NCBI GenBank assembly: GCA_964410965.1
Contig: CAYPIY010000006.1
Coordinates: 135,222 to 199,221 of the forward strand
DNA from: an uncultured Bacteroidota bacterium
GTDB lineage: Bacteria > CLD3 > SB21 > JBBIRG01
Length of the DNA stretch: 64,000 nt
Direction of reading: 5' to 3'
The notes under the pieces: model-generated
Told to the model about the DNA's origin: nothing
The model's database searches: none
What the model saw: only the letters and a program-made list of their open reading frames with translations
Made by a program: the position numbers and the translations under genes
Shown here: piece by piece, positions 19,566 through 30,696 of the stretch
How positions within the stretch are numbered: position 1 is the stretch's first letter
Layout of the letters: the number at the start of each line of letters is the position of its first letter

Positions 19566-21707
19566 ATGCTGATAATCCGATACTGCGTAGTAACTTTTTT
19601 TTCGGTAATTTTCACGTTTTCCTTACGTGCAGATGAGGGGATGTATCCCATCAGTGATTTGCAGAAAATCAACCTGAAGCAGAAAGGGTTGAAAATAAAA
19701 ATAACTGATATTTACAACCCGAATGAAGTGAGCCTCATTCACTCGATCGTCAGCCTGGGATTTTGCACCGGTTCGTTTGTATCCGGACAAGGTCTTATTC
19801 TTACTAATCATCATTGCGCGTTCGGAGCAGTCCAGTCTGCGAGCAGTGTCTCAAACGATTACATTACGGAAGGATTTCTTGCACGATCAATGGAGGATGA
19901 AGTTCCGGCAAAAGACTATACCATCCGCATAACCGAGTCATATCGGGATGTAACGGAAATGATCATGCAAGACGTGATTGATACCATGTCGGCTCTTGTC
20001 CGAGCCCAAAAGATTTCTTCTAACATGAAAGCGGTTGCTGAAAAAGCACGCATGGAAAACCCCGACAAACAAATCGAGGTCGCCGAGATGCTGCCCGGCA
20101 AAAGCTATCTCATGTTTGTATACACGTTTCTCAGGGATATCCGTCTGGTTTACGTACCCCCGCGCGCCATAGGCGAATTCGGCGGGGAAGACGATAACTG
20201 GATGTGGCCCCGTCACACAGGCGATTTTGCATTTATCCGAGCCTATGTTTCGAAAGACGGCAAATCCGCGACTTATTCAAAGGATAATATTCCCTACAAG
20301 CCAAAAAAGTTTTTGAAAATAGCAGCGTCCGGTATCACTGAAAACGAATTTGTTTTTGTCCTGGGTTATCCTGGCCGCACCTACCGGCACCGGCCGGCGG
20401 AATTCGTATCCTATGAAAATGAAGTCAGGATGCCGTATCTGGCGGATATGCTTGAATGGCAAATCCGCATCATGGAAGTTGCGGGCCGGAATGATCATGC
20501 GACAGCCATCATGCTTGCCCAAAGAATCAAAAGCCTTGCCAACAGCACGAAAAATTTCAGGGGTAAGCTCAAAAGCATGAAAGCAACAGGGCTAACTGAA
20601 AAGAAAAGAAATGAGGAAAAAGGACTCTGGGACTTTATACAACAGGATAAAAACCGGAATGTCCGGTATGGTCAATTGTCGGACCAGATTTCGTCGATGT
20701 TCAGCCAAATCAGAAAGCAGGCCGAATACGAATTCGTTCTTGATTACATGCGCCGTTCAGTTCTGCTGGTCGATTTGGGATTCGGACTGATTGAAGCTAT
20801 GCATGAAATGCAGAAAACAAACGACAGCCGCCGTCCCGTTTATAGAATCGAAAACAGACCCGCTTTGGTTTCTCATCTTCGCGGAAAAGTTATTAATTAC
20901 CACGAGCCAACGGATCGGTTGATTTTTTCCGATCTGATGAATAGGACACAGCTATTACCGGCAGGATTCAGGTTCCAATATGCCGATCGGTTGATTGCAG
21001 GCGTTTCCTCTGATTCCCTGGCAGAATCGATGTACCGCCGGACCCTTCTGAATAAAGACACTGCCTGGACGGCTTATCTGAAAGTTACACCGGATGGCAT
21101 TTCCGGACTGAATGATCCCTTTATGCAGTTTATTAATGAATATTATCAGATGGTTAAACAATTTGACGTCGTTCAGGAAGAACAGACTGCCGAACTTAAC
21201 AAACTATACGCCGATCTGATTGAAGTCCGGAGTCAATATTTACAAAAAAATTTTATTCCTGATGCAAACAGAACCTTGCGATTTACTTTTGGCTATATAC
21301 GGGGTTATTCGCCGGCAGATGCGCTTTATTGCAGACCATTTACAACGATGAAAGGAATCATCGAAAAAACAAAAGGCACAGAGCCCTTTGATACGCCGAA
21401 AAAACTCATCGATCTTCATAAAAACCGGAGTTACAGTAAATACAAGGATAAAAAACTGAATGACGTGCCTGTGGCCATGTTGTACAATACGGATACCACT
21501 GGCGGTAACTCGGGCAGTCCCGTGCTCAACGCCAAGGGAGAAATCGTAGGACTGAATTTCGACCGTACTTTCGAAGCTACTATCAACGACTTTGCCTGGG
21601 ATGAGTCCTACAGCCGTTCGATAGGAGTAGATGTCCGCTATATTCTTTGGATTCTTGACCAGTATGCCGGTGCAAAGCAAATACTTCATGAAATGAATAT
21701 CGAATAG
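19566..21707 (+). CDS. Peptidase S46 family dipeptidyl-peptidase (DPP7/DPP11-like)
   Basis: 713 aa. Signal peptide. Chymotrypsin-fold catalytic His near the N-terminus (LTNHHC) and catalytic Ser near the C-terminus (GGNSGSPV), separated by a large helical insert. This is the hallmark of S46. Confidence 0.8.
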   Translation: MLIIRYCVVTFFSVIFTFSLRADEGMYPISDLQKINLKQKGLKIKITDIYNPNEVSLIHSIVSLGFCTGSFVSGQGLILTNHHCAFGAVQSASSVSNDYITEGFLARSMEDEVPAKDYTIRITESYRDVTEMIMQDVIDTMSALVRAQKISSNMKAVAEKARMENPDKQIEVAEMLPGKSYLMFVYTFLRDIRLVYVPPRAIGEFGGEDDNWMWPRHTGDFAFIRAYVSKDGKSATYSKDNIPYKPKKFLKIAASGITENEFVFVLGYPGRTYRHRPAEFVSYENEVRMPYLADMLEWQIRIMEVAGRNDHATAIMLAQRIKSLANSTKNFRGKLKSMKATGLTEKKRNEEKGLWDFIQQDKNRNVRYGQLSDQISSMFSQIRKQAEYEFVLDYMRRSVLLVDLGFGLIEAMHEMQKTNDSRRPVYRIENRPALVSHLRGKVINYHEPTDRLIFSDLMNRTQLLPAGFRFQYADRLIAGVSSDSLAESMYRRTLLNKDTAWTAYLKVTPDGISGLNDPFMQFINEYYQMVKQFDVVQEEQTAELNKLYADLIEVRSQYLQKNFIPDANRTLRFTFGYIRGYSPADALYCRPFTTMKGIIEKTKGTEPFDTPKKLIDLHKNRSYSKYKDKKLNDVPVAMLYNTDTTGGNSGSPVLNAKGEIVGLNFDRTFEATINDFAWDESYSRSIGVDVRYILWILDQYAGAKQILHEMNIE

Positions 21708-21720
21708 GCCCAGAGCGAAC

Positions 21721-23262
21721 ATGTTTTCACAGGTTCTCAGCGCTACAACATACGGAATTGACGCATACATCGTGAAGGTTGAGGCGCATCTGGATTCCGG
21801 TTTGCCGGCATTTTTCACGGTCGGGCTTCCGGACGGTGCAGTGAAGGAAAGTAAAGAAAGGGTAAATGCCGCAATTAAAAATTCCGGTTATCATTTTAAA
21901 CCCAAACGCATCACGATCAATCTGGCTCCGGCCGATATCAGAAAGGAAGGTTCGGCATTTGACCTGCCGATCGCAGTCGGGATCATTGCGGCTTACGGGC
22001 ATATGAGTCTGGAAAAATTGAAAGATTATATTATGCTCGGCGAACTATCCCTCGACGGTGAAATACGTCCTGTGAACGGGGTGCTTCCGGTGGCCGTAAA
22101 AGCAAGGCAGGAGAGGATCAAAGGCATACTATTACCTGCTGAAAATGCCGGAGAGGCTGCGATGGCCGGTGACATCGAAATCATTCCGGTCCATTCACTG
22201 GAGGAAGCGGTAGCGTTTATCAATCAGGCAAAAATCATCGAACCCCTGACGACAGACCTCCAGTCTCTATTCAGGCAACAAGACATTTATACGGTTGATT
22301 TCAGCGATGTGCGGGGCCAGGAACACGCCAAACGGGCACTTGAGATAGCCGCTGCGGGAGGACATAATATTATCCTGATCGGGCCGCCAGGCAGCGGAAA
22401 AACCATGCTCGCGAAGCGGATCCCGACCATTCTTCCGAATCTGACAATCGATGAGGCCCTCGAAACGACGAAAATACATTCCGTTGCCGGCGTATTGCCG
22501 CCGAATCAGCCGCTGGTCACATCGCGTCCCTTCAGGTCTCCCCATCACACCATTTCGGACGCCGGCCTTATAGGCGGAGGACATGTGCCGAAACCTGGTG
22601 AAGTAAGTCTGGCACACGGAGGCGTCCTGTTTTTGGATGAACTCCCTGAATTCAGAAAGAATGTACTGGAGGTTCTTCGGCAGCCTCTGGAGGACGGATA
22701 TGTGACGATCAGCCGTTCGGAAATTTCACTGACTTATCCCGCCAACTTCATGCTGGCATGTGCCATGAATCCTTGTCCCTGCGGGTATCACGGTGACTCC
22801 CATCATTTATGTTCGTGTTCCCAGCAGGTGATTCAACGGTATATGTCAAAAATATCGGGTCCTCTTCTGGACCGCATCGATATTCATATCGAATGCCCGG
22901 CAATCAAATACAAAGAACTCGCAGGAGAGGGATCGGGAGAAAGTTCTCAGATTATTCGTGAACGGATCATCGCAGCGCGAAGTATACAGCAAAGCAGATT
23001 CAAAGCTGTTCAACAGAAAGGATTGCGGCTTTACTGCAACGCAGATATGCAGACACGGCAGATCCGGCAATTCTGCAAAATTGACCATGATGGATCCGAA
23101 CTGATGAAAATGGCGATAACAAGGCTGGGACTATCCGCGCGTGCATATGACCGGATCTTGAAAGTAGCTCGAACGATTGCTGACTGCAGCCATTCCGAAA
23201 ATATTCTTCCCGAACACCTCAGTGAAGCAATTCAGTACCGAAGTCTGGACAGAAGCCTATGA
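21721..23262 (+). CDS. comM: YifB/ComM-family Mg-chelatase-like AAA+ ATPase
   Basis: N-terminal Lon-protease-like domain, then Walker A (GPPGSGKT), then a C-terminal Mg-chelatase subunit ChlI-like region. Confidence 0.85.
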   Translation: MFSQVLSATTYGIDAYIVKVEAHLDSGLPAFFTVGLPDGAVKESKERVNAAIKNSGYHFKPKRITINLAPADIRKEGSAFDLPIAVGIIAAYGHMSLEKLKDYIMLGELSLDGEIRPVNGVLPVAVKARQERIKGILLPAENAGEAAMAGDIEIIPVHSLEEAVAFINQAKIIEPLTTDLQSLFRQQDIYTVDFSDVRGQEHAKRALEIAAAGGHNIILIGPPGSGKTMLAKRIPTILPNLTIDEALETTKIHSVAGVLPPNQPLVTSRPFRSPHHTISDAGLIGGGHVPKPGEVSLAHGGVLFLDELPEFRKNVLEVLRQPLEDGYVTISRSEISLTYPANFMLACAMNPCPCGYHGDSHHLCSCSQQVIQRYMSKISGPLLDRIDIHIECPAIKYKELAGEGSGESSQIIRERIIAARSIQQSRFKAVQQKGLRLYCNADMQTRQIRQFCKIDHDGSELMKMAITRLGLSARAYDRILKVARTIADCSHSENILPEHLSEAIQYRSLDRSL

Positions 23263-23336
23263 CGGGGAACTGCCTGATGATTCAACAAAAATCGATCCAC
23301 CGCCATTCAGCCGGTACCGTTTCACTTTACGGCCCG

Positions 23337-23963
23337 TTATTTCATTTCATAGTTTAAGCCGATAAAAATGCTTATATAATTCGTATTAAAATTGATTGTT
23401 TCTGTCTGCCGGTCGATGACAAGTTTAGATTTGTTGCTGAAAATGGATACAAATTTTGTTTCCAGTATGAAAAAGGTGTGTTCCGAAAAGGGAATATAGG
23501 CTCCTGTACCCAGGGAAATTAAGGGAACATTCACATGATCAAGCTGGTCAAAGAAATTATCTTTATCAATAATACGGTATACAAAGGTTTCATTGGACAA
23601 CCCCCCGCCGGCCGAGAGAAAAGGTTTGATCCAACGATTTAAGAAATAATAATTGAATGTTCCTGAATAAGTAAAAATTTCCTTTGAAACCCGGAGATGA
23701 TCAGGGCTTTTCGTACCTGAAAATTTGAGGTATGATGCGTCGAAACCTAATGATATTTTATTTGACAAAAAGAAATTCAGGTTGAGTCCCATTCCGTATC
23801 CGGTTTTTGTTTTTCCCCAATGTGATTCATTCGATTTTCCCACCGGCAGCCCAAAATTCCTTTTGACGCTGAAATGGACTTTTTGAATCTGGGAGTATAG
23901 GGGAAGTGATGTAAATAACAACAAAATCAGTCCGGGAGTTATTACACGAAGCTTCATAATCAA
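23337..23963 (-). CDS. Small outer-membrane beta-barrel protein (OmpW/PorT-like)
   Basis: Signal peptide. Alternating hydrophobic/aromatic beta-strand pattern. 208 aa. Confidence 0.5.
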   Translation of the reverse strand: MIMKLRVITPGLILLLFTSLPLYSQIQKVHFSVKRNFGLPVGKSNESHWGKTKTGYGMGLNLNFFLSNKISLGFDASYLKFSGTKSPDHLRVSKEIFTYSGTFNYYFLNRWIKPFLSAGGGLSNETFVYRIIDKDNFFDQLDHVNVPLISLGTGAYIPFSEHTFFILETKFVSIFSNKSKLVIDRQTETINFNTNYISIFIGLNYEMK

Positions 23964-24189
23964 TTCCTGAAAAAAGTATCAGTTTAAAATACATACAATA
24001 CATATTACAATTTTTTTAATGGATTTCAAATGAAATTGTCATATTTATATCCCTTTTTTACACACGGTTTAGGCCTACCCCGAATTCTTCTGTTTTTTAC
24101 CAGATTACGAAACGTAATTTCATTCCCCGTGAAAATGCATGCCGAAATATCGCCAGTTATCCTGGTTAATGGCCTGAAATGGATATTTC

Positions 24190-26328
24190 TCATTCTGAGA
24201 TCAGCACGACAATCGAACGCTGCTTAACGATTATATTCCAGAGTCCGTGAAGGTTTGGTTTTTTACTTTTTTCATATATGTCGTAAGGTGAATTCTGATA
24301 AGTGTCGATAAACATCCGCCAGGATTTATTTTTCGGAGGAACAGGCAGTTCAAAATGATGGTCCTGCCAATTTGCGTTGACGATCAGGTACAGGTCATTA
24401 TCCTGGTCGCCGCCCATCAGATGCATTCCGAGACAACGCGTTTCGCCGGTCCAGTCCGGTTTGTATCTTTTCTGGCCGTGCCAGGTTACAACAGGCGCTT
24501 TCTCGTTTTGACTGGTATAAAAAACCTTACTGCGCAGCAGAGGATGATCTTTTCTGAATCGGATCAGTATTTTGAAAAATCGAAAGATCGGTTCGTTGGT
24601 TTTTAAAAGATTCCAGTCGATCCAGCTGATTTCATTGTCCTGGCAATATGCGTTGTTATTTCCCCTCTGTGACCGTCCCAGTTCGTCCCCGGCGAGAATC
24701 ATTGGGACGCCCTGCGACATAAACAAAAGCGTAATCATGTTTTTCATCTGGCGCTGACGGAGCCGGTTGATATCCGGATCACTGGCTGGGCCTTCCGCAC
24801 CGCAGTTCCAGCTGAAATTGGCATCGGAACCATCCCGGTTATTTTCGCCGTTTTCCTCATTATGCTTGTGATTATAGGAAACAAGATCGGCAAGTGTGAA
24901 ACCGTCATGGCAGGTGATGAAATTGATACTGTGATGCGGCGCACGACCGCTGACGTAATACAGGTCGGGACTGCCCACAAGCCGGGTAGCCAGCAAAGAT
25001 ATCATGTTTTCATCGCTCTTCACAACACGTCGGATATCGTCGCGGAATTTCCCGTTCCATTCAGCCCATCTTCCCCAGTTCGGGAATGTGCCGACCTGAT
25101 ACAATCCTCCTGCATCCCAGGCTTCTGCGATAAGTTTCACCCTCGCCAATACGGGATCAGCGGCTATACGTTCCAACAAAGGGGGGTTGGATAATACGCT
25201 TCCGTCTGTGCCGCGTCCCAATATCGATGCCAAATCAAAACGGAAACCGTCGATATGCATTTCCGTTACCCAGTAACGGAGGCAATCAATAATCAAGTCC
25301 CGGACGACCGGATGGTTGCAGTTTAACGTGTTGCCGCATCCTGAAAAATTGAGATACATGCCGCTGACCGGATCGACCATATAATATACCGAATTATCGA
25401 TGCCCCGGAATGAAAGCGTAGGTCCGTTTTCGTTTCCCTCGGCGGTATGGTTGAAAACAACATCAAGAATGACCTCTATGCCCGCTTTATGAAAAGATTT
25501 TACCATGTGTTTGAATTCATTGATCTGAATTCCGGGAGCAGCACTGGAAGCGTACGATCCTTTAGGTGAAAAAAATGAAATCGAGTGATAGCCCCAATAG
25601 TTCTTCAATGGCTCACCGGTTAATGGGTTCCTGTTAGGATTATCATTTTCCTCGAATTCCATGACAGGAATAAGTTCTACGGCCGTGATTCCGAGATCCA
25701 GCAAATAAGGAATCTTTTCTTCAAGACCTTTGAATGTTCCCGGATGACGGGTTTTCGATGAAGGATGGCGTGTATATCCCCGGACATGGAGCTCATATAT
25801 CACTGAATCAGCCAAATGAATATTAAGGGGATGATCATCTTCCCAGTCGAATGGCGTTTCCATGACTATGGAATGGCGATGGAAAGGTTTATCTGTTCCT
25901 GCAGTCAGGTGAAGCGATGATCCGCAGGAGATATCCCCGGAAAGAGCCTTGGAATATGGATCAATCAGCACTGCGCTGGGATCGTACCGGAAAAGCGGAT
26001 TTTCATGAAATGCCGGTCCGTTCATCCTGTACCCGTACTCAATTTCACGCTCCAGCCCATGAACAAAAATGTGCCATACGTCGCCGGTTCGGTTCGTGTC
26101 CGGATCAAGCTGAAATTCAATGAAAGGATCATCTGAATTTGATTTAAAAAGTGTCAGGATAACCGTCTGTGCATGTCTGCTGAAAACAGAAAAATTGATA
26201 CCGCCGCGCTGAAGAGTGGCTCCTAAAGGCAGGGCTTTCCCCCGGGATGTTTTATAATCGCCGGACTTCGCTTTTAACGAATTGGCAGGCGGATCGGATT
26301 GATTTAAACTAACGCTGGTTTTATTCAT
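24190..26328 (-). CDS. glgX: Glycogen debranching enzyme GlgX / isoamylase (GH13 with N-terminal CBM48)
   Basis: GH13 catalytic blocks (GFRFDLASIL, EAWD, FITCHDGFTL). ~712 aa from MNKTS. The ORF track allows an alternative upstream Met at 26394. Confidence 0.8.
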   Translation of the reverse strand: MNKTSVSLNQSDPPANSLKAKSGDYKTSRGKALPLGATLQRGGINFSVFSRHAQTVILTLFKSNSDDPFIEFQLDPDTNRTGDVWHIFVHGLEREIEYGYRMNGPAFHENPLFRYDPSAVLIDPYSKALSGDISCGSSLHLTAGTDKPFHRHSIVMETPFDWEDDHPLNIHLADSVIYELHVRGYTRHPSSKTRHPGTFKGLEEKIPYLLDLGITAVELIPVMEFEENDNPNRNPLTGEPLKNYWGYHSISFFSPKGSYASSAAPGIQINEFKHMVKSFHKAGIEVILDVVFNHTAEGNENGPTLSFRGIDNSVYYMVDPVSGMYLNFSGCGNTLNCNHPVVRDLIIDCLRYWVTEMHIDGFRFDLASILGRGTDGSVLSNPPLLERIAADPVLARVKLIAEAWDAGGLYQVGTFPNWGRWAEWNGKFRDDIRRVVKSDENMISLLATRLVGSPDLYYVSGRAPHHSINFITCHDGFTLADLVSYNHKHNEENGENNRDGSDANFSWNCGAEGPASDPDINRLRQRQMKNMITLLFMSQGVPMILAGDELGRSQRGNNNAYCQDNEISWIDWNLLKTNEPIFRFFKILIRFRKDHPLLRSKVFYTSQNEKAPVVTWHGQKRYKPDWTGETRCLGMHLMGGDQDNDLYLIVNANWQDHHFELPVPPKNKSWRMFIDTYQNSPYDIYEKSKKPNLHGLWNIIVKQRSIVVLISE

Positions 26329-26537
26329 TTGAGATGCTAAAGGCCCGGGGCAGTTAATTCTTTTTAAAATAAGTGTATTGAAAATGAATATCAAGTATTA
26401 TGCATGTTTGCATTTCTAAAAAACACAAGTGTCAGCAGAATGACGGAAGCAATAAACCGCACGGTATCATGTTCCGCGGGAAAAACATACGTGATCAAAT
26501 TCTTGACATTCAAACGTAAAAAAAATCTTCGTTTGTT

Positions 26538-27695
26538 TCAGAACCTCAATATTGCCCCGACATTACCCATCATTTTAAAGCGGGAGTTCTCCGCGATGTT
26601 CTCGATTTTACAACCGGTTTTGTATGCGTATGTTACCGCATCTTCGAGAATATCTCTTACCGGGATAATGGCGGCTGAACATACCGGGCAACGGTTTGAG
26701 TAGTCTTTTTCTTCATTGGTTCCCAGAAAATTACAGGTTTTGCATTTAATTCCGGGAGACTGAAAATTCCTTGTGACAATCAGCGTGTCAACACCTCCCC
26801 GGCGCAGGGAATGAAGTGTCGGTTGTAATCCGAAAATGCCCTTGCCTGATTTGGTATGTGTTTCGCTCTTTAATCGGGCAATCAAATCCAGTTCAAGTTT
26901 TTCCAGAGCCAGCCGTGCGATTTCGTCGGATTTTCTGAGCACTTCCGGTAAAGGCGCATCGGGTTCAGCCACAATATGTCCGATCAGTTTCTTGTGCATA
27001 TCAAAGGGCATAAGGGGCTGAAAGTGCCTGATTAACTGCTGCCGTCCTCCCAGGATAATCCAGTTAAAAGGTTTGGAATCAAAAAGCGTCTTTGATTCAT
27101 GCACGACATGCCGGAAATGTTTCATGACCATTTCCTCGTGCGCCCTGTCGATATTTCTTTCCTTAACACCATCCTGTCCTCCGAATTTAATTTTCGGCTG
27201 GACATCGTCGTCGAAAGTCATATAGGGATTTGCGAATCCAAGAGTGACATCAAATATCTTTGCTTTCTTGCTGTCGACCAGAATGATCATATAGCGACGG
27301 TATTGGGATACCAGATCACTCAGGGGCCGGATGTAGGTATCAAAATCACAACTCAGGTAATCATGTACCGGTTGCGGCAATTCGATGGTTTCCCAAAGAT
27401 TCAGCGGACCGCATGTGAAAACGGCTAATCCCTTTGAAATATCCTTATGGATGAATTCCTTATTTACATAATGTTCAATTTTGTCCATGTCTTTATCCAG
27501 TGCATCTTTTTGCCTGTGAGTGAAGGAGGGCTTATGGTCATCGTGCTGATTCCGTTTAGCTTTCAGCAAATCTTTCAAATTAAGCTTGTAATCGGAGCGA
27601 TGCTGGGCCCGGTCAATATTGAGATACAAACTGGTAATAAAATGTTCCTTATTCCCGATTTTGGCCAAAGCCTCAATGCGTTTGTGATCTAACAT
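26538..27695 (-). CDS. Bacterial eRF1/Pelota-like protein (baeRF1-type) with GGQ motif and C-terminal CxxC…CxxC zinc ribbon
   Basis: Central-domain GGQ (KIKFGGQDGVKER). C-terminal domain blocks match the eRF1/Pelota/Dom34 C-domain (GKGIFGLQPTLHSLRRGGVDTLIVTRNF; terminal MGNVGAILRF versus eRF1 …GGIGGILRY). A Zn-ribbon (CKTCNF…CPVCS) is inserted. Confidence 0.55.
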   Translation of the reverse strand: MLDHKRIEALAKIGNKEHFITSLYLNIDRAQHRSDYKLNLKDLLKAKRNQHDDHKPSFTHRQKDALDKDMDKIEHYVNKEFIHKDISKGLAVFTCGPLNLWETIELPQPVHDYLSCDFDTYIRPLSDLVSQYRRYMIILVDSKKAKIFDVTLGFANPYMTFDDDVQPKIKFGGQDGVKERNIDRAHEEMVMKHFRHVVHESKTLFDSKPFNWIILGGRQQLIRHFQPLMPFDMHKKLIGHIVAEPDAPLPEVLRKSDEIARLALEKLELDLIARLKSETHTKSGKGIFGLQPTLHSLRRGGVDTLIVTRNFQSPGIKCKTCNFLGTNEEKDYSNRCPVCSAAIIPVRDILEDAVTYAYKTGCKIENIAENSRFKMMGNVGAILRF

Positions 27696-27749
27696 GTCAA
27701 CCTCCTGTTCAAATGAATAATGGAAATACGCAAATTCAACAGGCTCATG

Positions 27750-28715
27750 TCATCCGTGATGTCTGTAACCATGGTATGAATTTCTCCTTTTAAGCTCATG
27801 GCTTACAAGACGGATCATTTCCGAGCCTTTAATATGCCACTTGGGGGCGAGTGTTACCTGAGGATCTGATTCCCCGCAAAGGCGTTCGATAAGGATCGAA
27901 GGTGACAGCCGCTCAAGGAAATCGGCCGTCAGCTGTATGTACTCTTCCAGATCGAATACCGGAAAAAGGTTTTCTCTGTACAGGTTTGCGAGAGGCGTGT
28001 TTTCAACAATGTGCAGGTGATGCAGTTTGATTCTTTGGATGGGTAAGCGGGACAGAATTGCAGCAGATTCCAGCATTTCCAAGCGTGTCTCGGTTGGAAA
28101 ACCAAGAATCAGATGCAGGCATATTTCGACCGGATACAATGAAGTTTCATTCACGGTTTGCTCCAGTTGACCGAATGTATGACCGCGGCGGATCCATTTC
28201 AGGGTTTTGTCGTAAACCGATTCACAACCGTATTCGACCGATATGTAACCTTTCCCGGCCAGTCGCCCCAATAATTCCAGTTTATCGTGGTCAACACAGT
28301 CCGGACGGGTACCTATGGAGATACCTATGATATCAGGATGATTCAGCGCTTCTGTGTAAACTGTTTCTAGCCTGTCAACAGGCGCGTCTGTATTCGTGAA
28401 TGGCTGAAAATAGGCTATAAACCGTTGTGTTTTATAACGCCGCTTATAAAAAGTTATTGCGGCATTCAACTGTTCGGTCACGGTTAATTTTTGATCGCGG
28501 AACCTGTAAGCCGGACTAAATACCTCGTTATTGCAGTAAATACAGCCTCCGGTTCCCAGCCTTCCGTCCCTGTTTGGGCATGAAAACCCGGCATCGATCG
28601 TTACTTTCTGAATTCTCCCGCTGAAGCGTTTTTTTGTATAAGCGTGATAGGTTTCGATAAATTGGTCCGGGCCGTGAACGATGTTTGTTTTGGAAGTTGA
28701 CGGTGATTGAATCAT
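27750..28715 (-). CDS. Radical SAM protein, YhcC/TIGR01212 family (Elp3-like radical-SAM domain)
   Basis: Non-canonical cluster motif CPNRDGRLGTGGCIYC (Cx11Cx2C) characteristic of the YhcC family. 321 aa. Confidence 0.65.
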   Translation of the reverse strand: MIQSPSTSKTNIVHGPDQFIETYHAYTKKRFSGRIQKVTIDAGFSCPNRDGRLGTGGCIYCNNEVFSPAYRFRDQKLTVTEQLNAAITFYKRRYKTQRFIAYFQPFTNTDAPVDRLETVYTEALNHPDIIGISIGTRPDCVDHDKLELLGRLAGKGYISVEYGCESVYDKTLKWIRRGHTFGQLEQTVNETSLYPVEICLHLILGFPTETRLEMLESAAILSRLPIQRIKLHHLHIVENTPLANLYRENLFPVFDLEEYIQLTADFLERLSPSILIERLCGESDPQVTLAPKWHIKGSEMIRLVSHELKRRNSYHGYRHHG

Positions 28716-28961
28716 TCAACTATCCTGAATATGAAAAAAAAATATGATCTTTCAAATGGTTTTCTTCCGCCGTCTGGAATTATCAAGGAACAAAACTGTT
28801 CATTGGTTTTTGATCATATCTTTTAAAAGATAAACAAACATTTCCGAAAAAGCAAGTCAGTTCAGGATAGAAACTATAAAAATATTAAAGATGGATATGA
28901 GCCTTGATTAAATTGGAAAAAGAGCTTACTTTAAGTAAAATTTAATCATTAAACGGTTCAC

Positions 28962-29720
28962 ATGATGATTGGGAATTACAGAATCCTGAAAGTTCTTGGC
29001 GAGGGGGGATTTGGAAGAACATATCTAGCCGAGCATGCGTTAATCAAAAAACCGGTTGTGATCAAGCAATCACTGTATAAAGGCACTGACGCACAGGCTA
29101 TCACGCTGAATGAAGCGTCGCTTTTATGGGACGTGAATCACTGGGCATTACCTACCGTTAAGGATGTTCTTACGGATGATGAAAACAATCTTTTGATGGT
29201 TATGAGTTACATTCAGGGAGAAGAACTGTACAAATATGTCCGTTCGAAAGGTTCTCTTGACCCGGAAACCGTTTGCTGGATTACGCAACGCATTCTGAGC
29301 GGACTCTATTATCTCCATTTTAACGGGATTGTACACAGGGATGTCAAGCCTTCCAACATCATCGTTCATTTCAGGACGCATATCGCAACCCTCGTTGATT
29401 TTGGATTGTCAAAACTCAGACCTGATGGAAATCCAGATCCATGCGGTTACACGCCTTATTTTGGGGCGCCGGAACAGATTCAGGGAAAGCCTGCGATACC
29501 GGAAAGCGATATTTACAGCCTGGGTGTAACATTGATATATCTTCTCGGAGGCGATATTCAGTCCAAAACCCTTCCATCAAACATTCCGGATCAGTTGAAA
29601 GATTTCATTTTCAGGTTATTGCCGGCTAATCCGCTTCAAAGACCGAAGGATTGTAATTTGCTGAATCAGGAAATCACCACGGTCCGGGAAAAATTATTTA
29701 ACCGCAAACATACGATGTAA
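28962..29720 (+). CDS. Minimal Hanks-type Ser/Thr protein kinase (catalytic domain only)
   Basis: Gly-rich loop LGEGGFGRTY, VIK lysine, HRDVKPSNI catalytic loop, DFGLSK, APE. 252 aa with no sensor or TM domain. Confidence 0.85.
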   Translation: MMIGNYRILKVLGEGGFGRTYLAEHALIKKPVVIKQSLYKGTDAQAITLNEASLLWDVNHWALPTVKDVLTDDENNLLMVMSYIQGEELYKYVRSKGSLDPETVCWITQRILSGLYYLHFNGIVHRDVKPSNIIVHFRTHIATLVDFGLSKLRPDGNPDPCGYTPYFGAPEQIQGKPAIPESDIYSLGVTLIYLLGGDIQSKTLPSNIPDQLKDFIFRLLPANPLQRPKDCNLLNQEITTVREKLFNRKHTM

Positions 29721-29730
29721 GGGAGAAAAT

Positions 29731-30696
29731 ATGCCTTATTCTTGGGATGACCAGCATGATTTCAATACGCAATCTTCGCAGGGATATTCTTTTCAAGATG
29801 CCAGGAAATCGTATGCCGATGTAGCCGTGGCCAGGACATCCGGAAAGGCGTATTATACGTTCAGGAGCCCGTTACCCGAAACGGAAGCGCATTATCCGGT
29901 GATCATCGGTATCGATACAACGGGTTCCATGGAGAAATGGCCTGAAATTTTCTTTGATAAGCTGCCTCTGCTGTATAAGGAAGCCGTCAGATATTTTCCG
30001 GAATGCGAGATCAGTTTTCAGGCAATCAATGATTATCACGCGGACGGAGCCGAAGTAGCTCTCCAGCCAGCGCCTTTCGGAAAAGGGCCTCAGCTCGATG
30101 AACTGATCGGCCAGCTTTATCCGGCAGGTGGGGGCGGGGGACAGGGAAAAGAAAGCTATGAAATCTTTGCAGCGTATAATTCCTTTCTCAAAGCTCCCAA
30201 AGCGATTATTAAACCGGTCGCAGTCATTCTTGGTGATGAAATGACATGGGAAACCGTTCCAGCTGAGGTTTGCAGTGCTTTGGGTTGGAAAGAAACCGTC
30301 ACAGCGGAAACCGCTTTTTCAAGGCTTGCGCAGGTTTGCGATGTATTTCTTGTCCGTAAGCCCTATCATGGTTTTGGCGATCCGGATTTACCGATTGTAA
30401 AAAACTGGATTACCGTCGCCGGCATCCCTGAGGAACGAGTCATGAATATTAAAGACCCAAGGCGGGTAGTGGACGTGATACTGGGGATCCTGGGAATCCT
30501 GACGGGTAAAGCCGAACTGTTCGAAAAAGAACTGATCGACAGACAGGATCAGAATCAGGTGCAAGAGGTTCTGCAGTCTTTGCAGTCTTTAAAAGCTTCG
30601 TACCAAGTGCAGACTCATGTTTCACAGCAAGCAGTCTCTCTCAACCATGGTTTATCCAAACAGTTAAAAACCAAACGACTGGATACAGATGAATAA
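29731..30696 (+). CDS. vWA (von Willebrand factor A, MIDAS-containing) domain protein with Q-rich coiled-coil tail
   Basis: beta1-MIDAS VIIGIDTTGSM, GGGGQGKES loop, beta4 AVILGDE. C-terminal Q/L-rich segment. Confidence 0.6.
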   Translation: MPYSWDDQHDFNTQSSQGYSFQDARKSYADVAVARTSGKAYYTFRSPLPETEAHYPVIIGIDTTGSMEKWPEIFFDKLPLLYKEAVRYFPECEISFQAINDYHADGAEVALQPAPFGKGPQLDELIGQLYPAGGGGGQGKESYEIFAAYNSFLKAPKAIIKPVAVILGDEMTWETVPAEVCSALGWKETVTAETAFSRLAQVCDVFLVRKPYHGFGDPDLPIVKNWITVAGIPEERVMNIKDPRRVVDVILGILGILTGKAELFEKELIDRQDQNQVQEVLQSLQSLKASYQVQTHVSQQAVSLNHGLSKQLKTKRLDTDE

